Source of the DNA: a virus
DNA: 64,000 nt
Virus record (IMG/VR): IMGVR_UViG_3300025122_000006
Strand: one strand, 5' to 3'
A program made the translations under genes and the position numbers. Shown here piece after piece: positions 42,303-52,761 of the stretch. The notes beneath the pieces are model-generated. The model saw only the letters and a list, made by a program, of their open reading frames with translations, had not been told where the DNA came from and did not search any database. The first letter of the stretch is position 1. Each line of letters starts with the position of its first letter.

Positions 42303-45300
42303 CTCTCATTCCAGTTGCCGGGGTTCCACCAGCTCAAACAATCTCTGATATCTTTCTCATCGGTTTCTACCCAGCGATTTACTGCTGAAGTCTTGGCTCT
42401 TGTTCTTGCGGTGATCGCATTGACTGCACAGGCTGCAGCCCCGCGGCCAGGACAGCACCCCCATTTGAACTCGTCACACTCCCTGCGATACATCGATTTG
42501 GCGTAAGCCTTAATCTCATCGCAGGTCGGCCCGGCAGTCGGCTCAGTTGGAACCTCCAGGAAGCCTGCATTATCAACCCAGGATTGGTAATAAGCCTCTA
42601 TTTCATTCAAGACCGATGGGGTGATCTCCCATTCTCTGTAATTTGCTTCCATTTCCTCTATAGCGTATCCCTTCTGCAAATTGGCGTTCACTTCGGTGTA
42701 CGAACCCATGTTCATCACATTCACCAGGAACCTCTCTCTAAAGAAGGCAAAAGGACCCATGCCAGTCAATAAAGTTGCAGGGGCGCCGGATGGCGCTCCG
42801 GTCATGCCTGCAACCAAGACCGGCTCATGCTCCGGTGGTTCCACCGTAGCCGCCGGAGGAGGTTCTAAGATGTCAACGAGTTCCCTATTTGTATATTCGA
42901 TTCCGGCCTCGCTGGCTGCAATGGAATTTACTTTAGGCATAATTTCTTCAAAATCACTAAAGTCAGCATTAACCCACTCTATCTCAGCATCAATTGAAGC
43001 CAATTCAACAAGAGAGAAATAATCATAAGGCCAATTAAATTGAACATCTGTGGTGCTACCAAATTCGTCAACAGTAACTTTCCCGAGACGTCGTCCACCA
43101 GTTTCAGAAATACCGGCAGCATTTCTAGAAATAACTTTTTGAAAATAATTAGATGCTGCTCTTTTCTTAGCTTTAAATACCATCCATCTTAATTCTTTAG
43201 GATATTCATGCGGTGTATTGTTGCCATCATGACCACCACCTAACAATTCTTTAAAAAGAAGCGGATGAGTAATTTGTACAGTTGCCTCTTCTAAAGTCCG
43301 TCCGATTTTTGGAGGAAGATTTTGCCAAATATCCGCAAGATCTTGTTGATCAAGCCTGTGAGTAAATTCAAAAATATACATTGCAATAGGTTCTACAGTT
43401 TCATTGTGTACAAAATCAAAGGATGGTGGGAGAATATATTTTTCCATTCTTTTAATTTGCATTTTTACCGAAAGTCCTATTTTTGATTCCTCTGGATTTT
43501 TTAAATACTTTCTGACTGAATCGGGATCTAATTTGAAAAACTTTTTTGTTCCTTGTTCGACGGTAAATGGAATAGCAACAACAGCCTCCGAAATTATCTT
43601 TGAGTCCGCGGTTCGTCCGAGTTTAACGGGTTCTTTGGAAAAGCCGCAAACTTCTGCAAGATCTCCAACATCCGGGCGGACGGGCAAGGGCTCCGCGGTT
43701 TGTCCAATGCCTTGAAAGGTGGCTTCGCGCCAGGTGTCAGGAATGGGGCCAACTTGTAGGAATACGCCTTCATTGACCTCCGGAATTTTACCATATTGAT
43801 GCCACATTCCTCTGGCAGCCGAGGCTGATCCTACAATTGGAAGAGTAAGATTACCATTTTTTGCTGATATATGATTAAAATTTAACATTGGTGTTTCAAA
43901 TTTCGTTTGTATAATCCAACGATTTTCCTCTTCTGTTGCAGTATTAACAACGACATTAACTTCTTGAGCTGTTTCATCATCAAGAAGATCAATTGATTTT
44001 AGTGCCCCTTTCCCAAATGGATTAATCGATCCTGATAATTGCACGGCATTTCTATTTATTCTGTTCTGACCCCAAGCTTGAGGTCCGGTGGTGGTCCACA
44101 GATCAAGACTACCACGAGCCTTCGTGTGCCCGGCGACCTCGAAGAAACCAGCCGAAGCAGTGAGATGATAATCCATATTATTTAAATAAAAAGTGCTATC
44201 AAATCTTGTATAACTAGACGAAACCTGTGCAAATTGTAATATTTCTTCCAAAGATACTTTACCATCGACAGACCCGGTGTAATAAATATCTAACCAAGCC
44301 TGGCCATGATAATAAGGTGGAGTATATGGAAAATTGTATCCATATCGATAATCCTTCCACATGTATTGTCTGCCAGCAGCGTCACCGTTGCCTCGATCAA
44401 CTCGGAATGTATGCATTCGTGTACTTTCTGGATTATAAAAGTTCAATTGCACAGCACCGATTCTTCGCAAGTTCTTGCCCAACAATTCGGTTTCTCCTAG
44501 AGAATTCGGTCCAAAGGCACTTGGGCGAGAATACATCGTGAAAGTTTCTCTATAACTGTTATTAGCTATATCTTGTGGCACTTCATAAATAGTACCAACG
44601 GCGCCGGTAACATTTGTAGCAGAACCAGTCATGGAACGATACATTTTAATTCTCATTCCGTAGACGGCACCTTTTCGAACATTACCAAAATTAGGATTTC
44701 CTTGCGGTAATGAAGAAATGTTAGTAAAATTTTGATCCTTTAAGAAAAATTCAGGTATCTCCGCCATAAAATTATGAGCCATCATTTTATAAATTTCATC
44801 GCCGGCGCCATTCCATATAGCTGAAGCTGTGATATTCCCACTTGCGTGTACTTCCAAATTTGCAATAGGAACATTGGTCAAATACGCCTCTGGTTCCAGC
44901 AACGCTTCAAAAGGAACTCTACCAGTAAAATCTTCTGTTATTACGTTTGTCCACGGTTTTTTATCCGCGCTGGCGAAGCCGCCAGCGCCGTCATCGAAAT
45001 CGTCTTCATAAGGAAGCTGCCTGGCGTCCTCAAAGTGTCCACCGATGGCTCCGCTGTGATTCACACTGGCTGTGATATAAGGAAAGTCAACAGCAATGCC
45101 GGACTTGATAGAATTGAAAAGAACTCCGGGAGCAAACAAGGTTCCAAAAAGGCCTTGTTTTGCTCCGTCGAGTTGAATGTCCGGGAGACCCCTTGGCAGC
45201 ACTCCCTGACGGAGGCCCAGCTGTTCGCCAAAAAAGGTGAGCGGCTTTATATTACGAAAATAACTCCTTGCAAATTGCTCCGATAGCTGGACTGTTCTTT

Positions 45301-47278
45301 GGCAAGGATAAAAACCATCATATGGCAATAATTTTTTGATTGCTCGGCATCTTAATGTTAAAACTTTTGAGTCTGCGAAATCATCATGATCATTTTCAAT
45401 AATGTCAAAATGTTTCATAAAGTCTGAATTGGAATATGTTTTGTAAAAGTTCTCGTGCGAAGATCTATTGTTGCCCTTTACCCCGCCGGTGATCTCAAAT
45501 AATTCTTGAGAAAAATATATAGAACCGGTATTCATAATATCTGCAACATGCTCGCTCATCCTAAACTCAGGCAAAACAGAATAGCTTTGCCCTTTCAATC
45601 TTATATTTTCTGCAAATGCAGCATATGAATCATAAAACGGCGTTTTACCAGCTTGTATGTGTGCTTCCCAAAGAGCCTCTCCCTGTCCAAAATCAGACTG
45701 GAGATATGACTTAGTTGCTGGGCCACCTGATCCTGTTTCCGGGATTTCCATACCCGAAGGATTTGAAACAGATTGTGTGTTGTGGTAAGTATGTCTAAAA
45801 GCATATTGGGGCGCACAGCCGTGAGTAGAATCGGCAATGGAGATGCCATTGGCCTTAAAGGGTTCAACATGTCCTGTTGGAAACTTTTCGGAAAAATCAC
45901 AGTCTTTAAAAAGAGTCGTATGTACCATTGAATATAATTGGCAATAATTATTTTGCAAAACCCCAGGTGCTTTATAATTAATCCCCCCTCGGTTCTTAGT
46001 GTAGACGACTGTGTAGCCGCTGGTGGCCTCACCGGGATCCCGAGCTGACTGTCCTAAAAATGGAAATCTCCTATAATCACCAAAACCATCCTCTGGCTGG
46101 AGACTCGATGCTGATCTCGCCATCCCAAAACCAAAATCATCCTGTGCTCCCTGTGCAGAACTACTAGCGGCTACCCTAGGGTTTAGGCTCCCTGTCCTGG
46201 TCAAAAAATTCTCAGATGCGTCTAGCGGCCAAGAAGACGCAACCAATCGAGCTTCGGCGCCAGCACTGGGCGTGGCACTGAATAGCCCTCCCTCTCGCAT
46301 CCACCATACCGAATGTCTTCCAAAGCCATCCCCTTGTCCAAAAGAATGCCTTTGCGGGTAGCGGTCATGATCACTAAGTCTGTCCGGTCGATTAACTCTA
46401 AAGAAAGATTTGAACTCCGGCCTACTTCTTATCGCGTTTCTATACATATTTTTAGATAAAGGATAGACAGTTTCTCGGTATTTTAAAAATTCCCAATGTG
46501 TAAATGGACTATCTGGTTCTTCTAAATTTCCATTTAAATAAAATGTTTTAATAAGATTATACTCGGAATCTTTATGATCCATAACAATATTGTGTAAAGT
46601 ATTTACTTCATCATTAGCAAAAGCATTTAAATTATTCCCGAATGATGTAAGAACAGAAAATCTGTCTAGCTCTTGAGTTGAGCCTTGTTTAAAATGTCTC
46701 CCAACATTCCAAACTAAAGGATAGCTGTTTCTAACAACAGCCGGTTCTTTGAAATTATAAAGTTTAGAATATCTTTCTAAAGCCAGTTTTGTCCCGCTGC
46801 CAGAAGGGGAAACATCGATAAGTTGGCCAGGCTGCGTAACAAATGTTAAATTGCTATTTCTATTGTGAAATCGCGATACGGGATTATCTGCTGTTCTGAT
46901 TTGTTTCCAAGTACAATGTCCATATGGGCCATTTCTATGAAGGTTAAGAGAAACAAGGATATCAGGGATTTCATGGGGAACGGGGATGCTCATGTCGAAG
47001 CCGAAGGGACCAACCGTCGTGGACTTGGGGAGGTGAGCCACACTAATGTTTAAATATCTCTTGATATGTCCCCCTTGCGATGGGAGTAGTCCTGACAAGC
47101 CTCCTGCGAGGTCTCCTGATGGGATCACCAGATCCTCTGGGGGGATATTTCGAGGCTGATCTTGCCCGTTCAATTGCGGGGCGAAACCAATAGTATTAAT
47201 ACTAGCGCTGATTGGGTCTGAAATTAATGTATTCATTCCCACAAAATCAACAAAAACACCTTTTTTAAAAGTAGCCAT
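42299..47278 (-). CDS. large baseplate/tail structural protein with Cys-rich C-terminal extension
   Basis: 1659 aa in the tail operon; TGS/SGS-rich. Confidence 0.65.
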   Translation of the reverse strand: MATFKKGVFVDFVGMNTLISDPISASINTIGFAPQLNGQDQPRNIPPEDLVIPSGDLAGGLSGLLPSQGGHIKRYLNISVAHLPKSTTVGPFGFDMSIPVPHEIPDILVSLNLHRNGPYGHCTWKQIRTADNPVSRFHNRNSNLTFVTQPGQLIDVSPSGSGTKLALERYSKLYNFKEPAVVRNSYPLVWNVGRHFKQGSTQELDRFSVLTSFGNNLNAFANDEVNTLHNIVMDHKDSEYNLIKTFYLNGNLEEPDSPFTHWEFLKYRETVYPLSKNMYRNAIRSRPEFKSFFRVNRPDRLSDHDRYPQRHSFGQGDGFGRHSVWWMREGGLFSATPSAGAEARLVASSWPLDASENFLTRTGSLNPRVAASSSAQGAQDDFGFGMARSASSLQPEDGFGDYRRFPFLGQSARDPGEATSGYTVVYTKNRGGINYKAPGVLQNNYCQLYSMVHTTLFKDCDFSEKFPTGHVEPFKANGISIADSTHGCAPQYAFRHTYHNTQSVSNPSGMEIPETGSGGPATKSYLQSDFGQGEALWEAHIQAGKTPFYDSYAAFAENIRLKGQSYSVLPEFRMSEHVADIMNTGSIYFSQELFEITGGVKGNNRSSHENFYKTYSNSDFMKHFDIIENDHDDFADSKVLTLRCRAIKKLLPYDGFYPCQRTVQLSEQFARSYFRNIKPLTFFGEQLGLRQGVLPRGLPDIQLDGAKQGLFGTLFAPGVLFNSIKSGIAVDFPYITASVNHSGAIGGHFEDARQLPYEDDFDDGAGGFASADKKPWTNVITEDFTGRVPFEALLEPEAYLTNVPIANLEVHASGNITASAIWNGAGDEIYKMMAHNFMAEIPEFFLKDQNFTNISSLPQGNPNFGNVRKGAVYGMRIKMYRSMTGSATNVTGAVGTIYEVPQDIANNSYRETFTMYSRPSAFGPNSLGETELLGKNLRRIGAVQLNFYNPESTRMHTFRVDRGNGDAAGRQYMWKDYRYGYNFPYTPPYYHGQAWLDIYYTGSVDGKVSLEEILQFAQVSSSYTRFDSTFYLNNMDYHLTASAGFFEVAGHTKARGSLDLWTTTGPQAWGQNRINRNAVQLSGSINPFGKGALKSIDLLDDETAQEVNVVVNTATEEENRWIIQTKFETPMLNFNHISAKNGNLTLPIVGSASAARGMWHQYGKIPEVNEGVFLQVGPIPDTWREATFQGIGQTAEPLPVRPDVGDLAEVCGFSKEPVKLGRTADSKIISEAVVAIPFTVEQGTKKFFKLDPDSVRKYLKNPEESKIGLSVKMQIKRMEKYILPPSFDFVHNETVEPIAMYIFEFTHRLDQQDLADIWQNLPPKIGRTLEEATVQITHPLLFKELLGGGHDGNNTPHEYPKELRWMVFKAKKRAASNYFQKVISRNAAGISETGGRRLGKVTVDEFGSTTDVQFNWPYDYFSLVELASIDAEIEWVNADFSDFEEIMPKVNSIAASEAGIEYTNRELVDILEPPPAATVEPPEHEPVLVAGMTGAPSGAPATLLTGMGPFAFFRERFLVNVMNMGSYTEVNANLQKGYAIEEMEANYREWEITPSVLNEIEAYYQSWVDNAGFLEVPTEPTAGPTCDEIKAYAKSMYRRECDEFKWGCCPGRGAAACAVNAITARTRAKTSAVNRWVETDEKDIRDCLSWWNPGNWNER

Positions 47279-47280
47279 AA

Positions 47281-50200
47281 TTATATCCCTGTTATGTATC
47301 CATAAATAGTTGAAGCGGCTGGAAAATTAATTGCATTAATAGAAGACGTAACTCCTGTTGCATTCGATGCCGAATGTAATAATCCATTTGGCGGTGAATA
47401 ACCAAGTAGTACTTGATCGTTTCTCCAATTTTTTTGTAAAACTGAATCGGGAACATGTGCCGGGTTCTTTGCTTGATCGTGTGGTGTTTTGCCTGTTCCG
47501 TATGAAATTGTTGCCCCAGATAAAGCTGATCTAATCCAACTATATTGAAAATCGCTTCTAGGTATCGGTGATGATATATATCCATTATCAAACCTACTAC
47601 CGGTCACCACAGCATTACCACCTGCTTTTGGGTCGTTGATCGGGTCGACGCCATATTGCATGCGCCTTGATATGTTTCTATGCTGCTTTACAAAAGAACC
47701 AGATGTGACTGATGACGACAAAGAGTGGATTACACCATAATCCAAGTCTCTTCCAAATTTGCCCATATGAGATGCCAGGACGGATTGCAATCCCCGCTGT
47801 TTGCCCAAGTGATCCGATACTCTTATAGTTGCTCGGGTTTGATGTTCCAACGCGCCGTAATCCAGAACCTTCCCTTTAGGTTCTCCGCTACTTGACATTC
47901 TTACAGTTAAGTTTCTAAACGGAAGAGCGTTATGAACTGAATAAGTGTGCCTCTGCACATCTAGATAACCCATTGATTGAACCTCTGGTCCTCCAGGTGC
48001 TGAAAATCGGCTACATATTTCATATGTCGATTTTGTTAAATTCGTTTTAGGAATTTCAATTACAATATCGTTTGAATATGTTGTTAGGCGCAGATTAGTG
48101 GGGCTGGCAGGGGCTCTATACCACGGGGTTTGGTATTTCAGGGATTTAACATCTGGTTGTCGGTTGTTGTTCGCAACACCAAACACATTGCCTGAAAGAA
48201 ACGGTGCTTGTCCGACAAGTGTCATGTAATTTGTGGTCAGTGGCAGCGACTTTTTTATAGATGTTGGCAAATCTAAATTAGAAGCGGAAGCAATTCGATA
48301 CCATCTTCTTTGATCTCCTTTCTGAAGGGTGACAATTTCGTAGCCCTTCCTGTAATTGCCCATGATAGCCGAGCCTGAACTGTGGCGGATATTTCTTACA
48401 TTTAAAGGACGCTTTGCATATTCATCTCTAAATTTGGTTGCCCTTGCTTTATCAACATTGGGGTATATTTTACCACCATAATCCGCAGATACATATCCCA
48501 TTGCTCCGTCGGCTCGATAAGGAATGGGACCTGTCCAGTTGGTAAGCTCGCCTGGGACTAAGCCCCAAGCCTCTGGCCTATTTCTGGCACTGTCAAGCTT
48601 TTGTATGCCCCCGAGAGGAGCTTTGTCGGGGTCATACTTATTTATTCCAACGTGTCTAGATTGTTGTCCTCCAACATGCGTTCTTGTGAACGGACCTTGC
48701 ATTGGAATTTCGTTCGTGTGATCGGTTGTATCGGAGTGTATATTAGTTACAATTACGTGATTTTTAAAATATGTATTAATATATCGATTGTATCCTGTAT
48801 TTACGGTGCCGCTGACCAAAGTCATTGGCACTATAAGATCGCCTTTTAATGCATGCTTGTAATCGTCACCAAATCGATTTCCTACTTTTGCAATAAAATT
48901 AAGTTTTATCTTTTCATTTGGATTTTTAACATCATTGCAAATATTTGATTGTTGTATGCTGTGCCCCAGTCCTTCGCCAATAACTATAACATTTTTTGGT
49001 ATTTTAAGAAAAGCGAAACTACCAGTCTCAAGAGATCCATGCGGCAATATTGCATCTTTAAAGGCCATTACGTTTTTATCACGAGCATAATTAATGCCGC
49101 CGTGTATTGACCTTCTTGGGGCGGACATTTCAAACCTGTAAGGTTTGGATAATTTTCTTATTGTATAGGTTGAGCCATAATATATAGTACTTCCGCTCAC
49201 CCTCCGAAGTGAATGAGATTGAAGAGAGTGGTTGTTTTTCACAATTCTTAAAGTTTCTGCTGTATTTGTCTCACCTTTTTTTCGATCTGCTTGCCAAAGG
49301 CAATTGTGTGATGACCCGCCGCTGACAGGAGCATGACCAAATTGCCAATCATAAAGTAACTCTTGAATTCCCTTCACAGACCCTTCGGTAGAAGTCCTTC
49401 TTCCAAGGATTCCTATCTTATTGACATATTTGTTTCTTTCTAAAACATGACTCTCTACTACATTTTTAATTCCCTTAGAGAATCTCGAAGATGCTGGATA
49501 TAATTGCTCGAGCGCTATAGAAATAGAATCGTCAATCCATTTATAAAATGATGTAAATTTATCCAAATTAGGAGTATTTTCAACATCTTCAAAGAAACGT
49601 TCCTTCAGAAAAGATAACAAACTATAATCATGATGATAACGTTGATTTGGTTGCCCTATTAGATTATTGAAATCCAAAGCAGTAGAAAACATATTTAACA
49701 TTTCATCGGAAATAACACCATGTAAACTTTTTTCAAAAGAATAGAAATTATCAGAAACATCCTCATCAACAAAGAAATTCTCACTTCTATCATCTTTTAT
49801 TACAACAAGATCGGAAGAGAATAGATCATCTGGTTGCTTTTTTCTAGCTGTATATATGAAATTTTTATCTATTGAATTGGTGCTCGAAGCCCTAAAACCT
49901 GTTGCTTTTCCTTCATTGTTTTTTAGAACTATACCATTATAAATTCCATAACTAGAAGTTATATGAGAATTGGCTGATCCTGATGACAAATCATTTATTA
50001 TTAACTCCCCAGAAGGAGTTGATCCGGTCTTGTTAAAGAATGCCCAATGTAAAGCTAATGTTTTTTGTCTAGGTATTTCTTGACCGTCATTTAAGAAAAT
50101 TGTATCGCTTTCAAATGGCTCATTCGCACCAAACGTTTCTGAATCATAAGCGTGTTGGTTAATTGCTTCATTTGATAAATAACTACTCCAATAACGAACG

Positions 50201-52761
50201 TAGCCTAATTTAATGTCTGTTTTTTGCAGTGTCGAACCAGTAAAGTTCGTTTTATGAGCGCCAGCCCAGATACGTTTTTTGTTAGTTACAAATTTGTGGT
50301 TTGTTAAGCTCCCGGTTAAAAGAAAAGAGTTTCTTATAATATTCGCTTCAGCCTCGACACCATGGAGTTCTAAGGTATATCCAGCGGCAGCAGCGCCAGA
50401 CACGTGACCCGAAAACGGATAACTATCATGCTTAATTCTAAGAGCAAGATTCCATTTATTATTTTCGTACTGACTATTAAACACTGATGACGATATAAGG
50501 GTATTGCTTCCCGATATTAAAAATCTAATTTTTTGTGTTTCACCAAACTCCAGATCACGTTCTAATTTTTCTTTTACTATAAAAACACCTAAATCATAAT
50601 CAGCGTCGGTTCTCCAGCTGTCCCAAGTATAATCATCAGCAGCAGGCACAGCGGAATGATATCCCAAAACCGAAGCCGTATAATTTGTAAATTTTATATA
50701 TCCTATTTCATTAGATCTTGCCTTGCGGGGGAGAATAATTTCACTTTCTAAAGTAAGAGAAGTATAATTTGGAGATCCCGAAATATAAGTAGCAGCGTTT
50801 ATTGTACTAGAAGTTTGATAAAGGGTAGCATCAAAACTATCTTCAAAATTAAAATTTAAATAATTTCTTTCAAAAGATTTATATTCATAATTATCTCTTA
50901 AAACGTATGTAGAATCATCAGCATAAAGTTTTAATTTTACCAGTTCATTACCAATACCGAGAGATCTAAAAAAGTTTCTAAAAGCTTTTTCTGTTCCTTT
51001 GGATTTGTAAATCCCAACAAGATTATTATAAAGATTATGATAAATTATATCTCGAACTTCGGATATCTTTTTTTCATAAACTTCATTATCGTCTTTTGCT
51101 CTAAATCTCTCCGGAACAGTGGCTTCAACAAACAAGTCAGGAATCACAAAACCTTTTGAATATAATAAATTTTTTGCAAACGGTAAAGGTTTATCCGATC
51201 CACTCACATATCTTTCATCATGCAAAGTGCTAACAGAGTTTATTTGATGCCATATTGTATCAAAATAAGAACCTATTATTTGACATAAATATTTTAAATT
51301 CTTACCTGACTCGGTATCGGTTTCCTGCATCCAGCCTGGAAACAATCGATAAAACATAGAAGTGCTTTCCAAATCAGCCAAGCTACCACTAGTCTTATAA
51401 CGCGTTATGGATCCTGTAACATCTGGGTGTGAAGAGTACACAATCGGATCTTTAAATTCTCTAAGGGCTGCTCCCGATTCAACTATGGCAGAGCCAGTTA
51501 TTCTTGATGCATCTAAGTCCGCCGTATTAGACCCGGAGTACCCAACCCAAATCCCATCAGCTATTCTTCCTGAATAATCCAGAACTTTTAAATCTACAGA
51601 ATCATCACCAGTGATTCCCTCGTTAAATTTATAATAAAATCCTAAATTTATGTTGGGATCTCTTCTATTGGTTCCACCGCCTACAGGAACGAGGCGGGTA
51701 TTACTAATTTCTTTATGGGTTCTCGCAGTTTTCCAAAACCTAAATTCATCTAAAGATCCGGATAGTTTGTTATATCCCAACATATCTAGACTATGAAATA
51801 TATTTCCTGATACAGAGGTGTAAAGAGACCCAATAGCCGCATTAGACCCAGTGGTTAATCCAACTATACCAGAAATACTATTTGCTGCGCTGTCTAATAT
51901 GTGCTTTGAAACTGCTTTGACATTGTCTTTATATAAATCAATGCCAGTTCCAGCGGAGGAAGACTGTAATGTTAAAGCATAATTGTGCCATAAACCGTCG
52001 TATGCATCAGCTAATAATTGCTGGTCGTCAAAGCCATGCGAACCTGATCGTAGAGTTAAATTTAATGCATCATTCGAACTAGTTAAATACAAAGTCATTC
52101 TGCCATAAGCACTGGATCCCGTCGCTTCGCCGTTCCAAAGATCAAAAATAACTTCTTTTTGGTGGGTTTGTGCGTTTGATGGAGATGCCTTTTTCAACCA
52201 AAATTCAATCGTTGTGCCCTCAGATAATATCACCTCTAAAGATGAGCCACGCTTATTAGAAGGATCATAAATCATTGATTTATCAAACGTCGAATAAAGT
52301 TTTTTTCCTATCATTCCGCTTGAAGCAGTATGAGGGCCTCCAAAGATTCTAATGTACTCTTTCGTTGTTGGAAGGCTGTTCCCGCGTAAACTACTTGTTA
52401 TGGCCTTGCCTTGAACTGAAAATTTAGCATACCCATTTGTTCGAGGATAAAGATTTCCTAAAACATATAAATCCAAATAAGAAGATGAATTTTCAAACTC
52501 AATTTTTTCTGCAAGAGTCCCATCATACGGATATTCTTGATAAATTCTTTTAAATGCATTTTCATAATAAAGTTCAGCAGATCCAAATTTAGAAAACTTT
52601 GAAGGATCTGAAAAATCAATAGCCGGAATAAATCTATCCGTTTCTTTTCTCCTAGCGTCAATGTAATCTAGTGATTCCACCAATGCAGATGCACTATTAG
52701 GAGTTTCGGATTTCTGAAATTGTTTATTACTATAATTGCTGAATAAATCTTTTATGCTCAT
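47281..52761 (-). CDS. large baseplate wedge-type protein with LamG/concanavalin-like domains
   Basis: TIEFWLKK...DGLWHNYALT...GSLDEFRFWKTART (LamG-like); YKSKGTEKAFRNFFRSLG (wedge KGT motif). Confidence 0.7.
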   Translation of the reverse strand: MSIKDLFSNYSNKQFQKSETPNSASALVESLDYIDARRKETDRFIPAIDFSDPSKFSKFGSAELYYENAFKRIYQEYPYDGTLAEKIEFENSSSYLDLYVLGNLYPRTNGYAKFSVQGKAITSSLRGNSLPTTKEYIRIFGGPHTASSGMIGKKLYSTFDKSMIYDPSNKRGSSLEVILSEGTTIEFWLKKASPSNAQTHQKEVIFDLWNGEATGSSAYGRMTLYLTSSNDALNLTLRSGSHGFDDQQLLADAYDGLWHNYALTLQSSSAGTGIDLYKDNVKAVSKHILDSAANSISGIVGLTTGSNAAIGSLYTSVSGNIFHSLDMLGYNKLSGSLDEFRFWKTARTHKEISNTRLVPVGGGTNRRDPNINLGFYYKFNEGITGDDSVDLKVLDYSGRIADGIWVGYSGSNTADLDASRITGSAIVESGAALREFKDPIVYSSHPDVTGSITRYKTSGSLADLESTSMFYRLFPGWMQETDTESGKNLKYLCQIIGSYFDTIWHQINSVSTLHDERYVSGSDKPLPFAKNLLYSKGFVIPDLFVEATVPERFRAKDDNEVYEKKISEVRDIIYHNLYNNLVGIYKSKGTEKAFRNFFRSLGIGNELVKLKLYADDSTYVLRDNYEYKSFERNYLNFNFEDSFDATLYQTSSTINAATYISGSPNYTSLTLESEIILPRKARSNEIGYIKFTNYTASVLGYHSAVPAADDYTWDSWRTDADYDLGVFIVKEKLERDLEFGETQKIRFLISGSNTLISSSVFNSQYENNKWNLALRIKHDSYPFSGHVSGAAAAGYTLELHGVEAEANIIRNSFLLTGSLTNHKFVTNKKRIWAGAHKTNFTGSTLQKTDIKLGYVRYWSSYLSNEAINQHAYDSETFGANEPFESDTIFLNDGQEIPRQKTLALHWAFFNKTGSTPSGELIINDLSSGSANSHITSSYGIYNGIVLKNNEGKATGFRASSTNSIDKNFIYTARKKQPDDLFSSDLVVIKDDRSENFFVDEDVSDNFYSFEKSLHGVISDEMLNMFSTALDFNNLIGQPNQRYHHDYSLLSFLKERFFEDVENTPNLDKFTSFYKWIDDSISIALEQLYPASSRFSKGIKNVVESHVLERNKYVNKIGILGRRTSTEGSVKGIQELLYDWQFGHAPVSGGSSHNCLWQADRKKGETNTAETLRIVKNNHSLQSHSLRRVSGSTIYYGSTYTIRKLSKPYRFEMSAPRRSIHGGINYARDKNVMAFKDAILPHGSLETGSFAFLKIPKNVIVIGEGLGHSIQQSNICNDVKNPNEKIKLNFIAKVGNRFGDDYKHALKGDLIVPMTLVSGTVNTGYNRYINTYFKNHVIVTNIHSDTTDHTNEIPMQGPFTRTHVGGQQSRHVGINKYDPDKAPLGGIQKLDSARNRPEAWGLVPGELTNWTGPIPYRADGAMGYVSADYGGKIYPNVDKARATKFRDEYAKRPLNVRNIRHSSGSAIMGNYRKGYEIVTLQKGDQRRWYRIASASNLDLPTSIKKSLPLTTNYMTLVGQAPFLSGNVFGVANNNRQPDVKSLKYQTPWYRAPASPTNLRLTTYSNDIVIEIPKTNLTKSTYEICSRFSAPGGPEVQSMGYLDVQRHTYSVHNALPFRNLTVRMSSSGEPKGKVLDYGALEHQTRATIRVSDHLGKQRGLQSVLASHMGKFGRDLDYGVIHSLSSSVTSGSFVKQHRNISRRMQYGVDPINDPKAGGNAVVTGSRFDNGYISSPIPRSDFQYSWIRSALSGATISYGTGKTPHDQAKNPAHVPDSVLQKNWRNDQVLLGYSPPNGLLHSASNATGVTSSINAINFPAASTIYGYITGI
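47303..47310 (-). promoter_or_regulatory. putative late promoter motif ACTATTTA
   Basis: 24 nt upstream of the ATG at 47278, inside the end of the upstream CDS. Confidence 0.45.
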
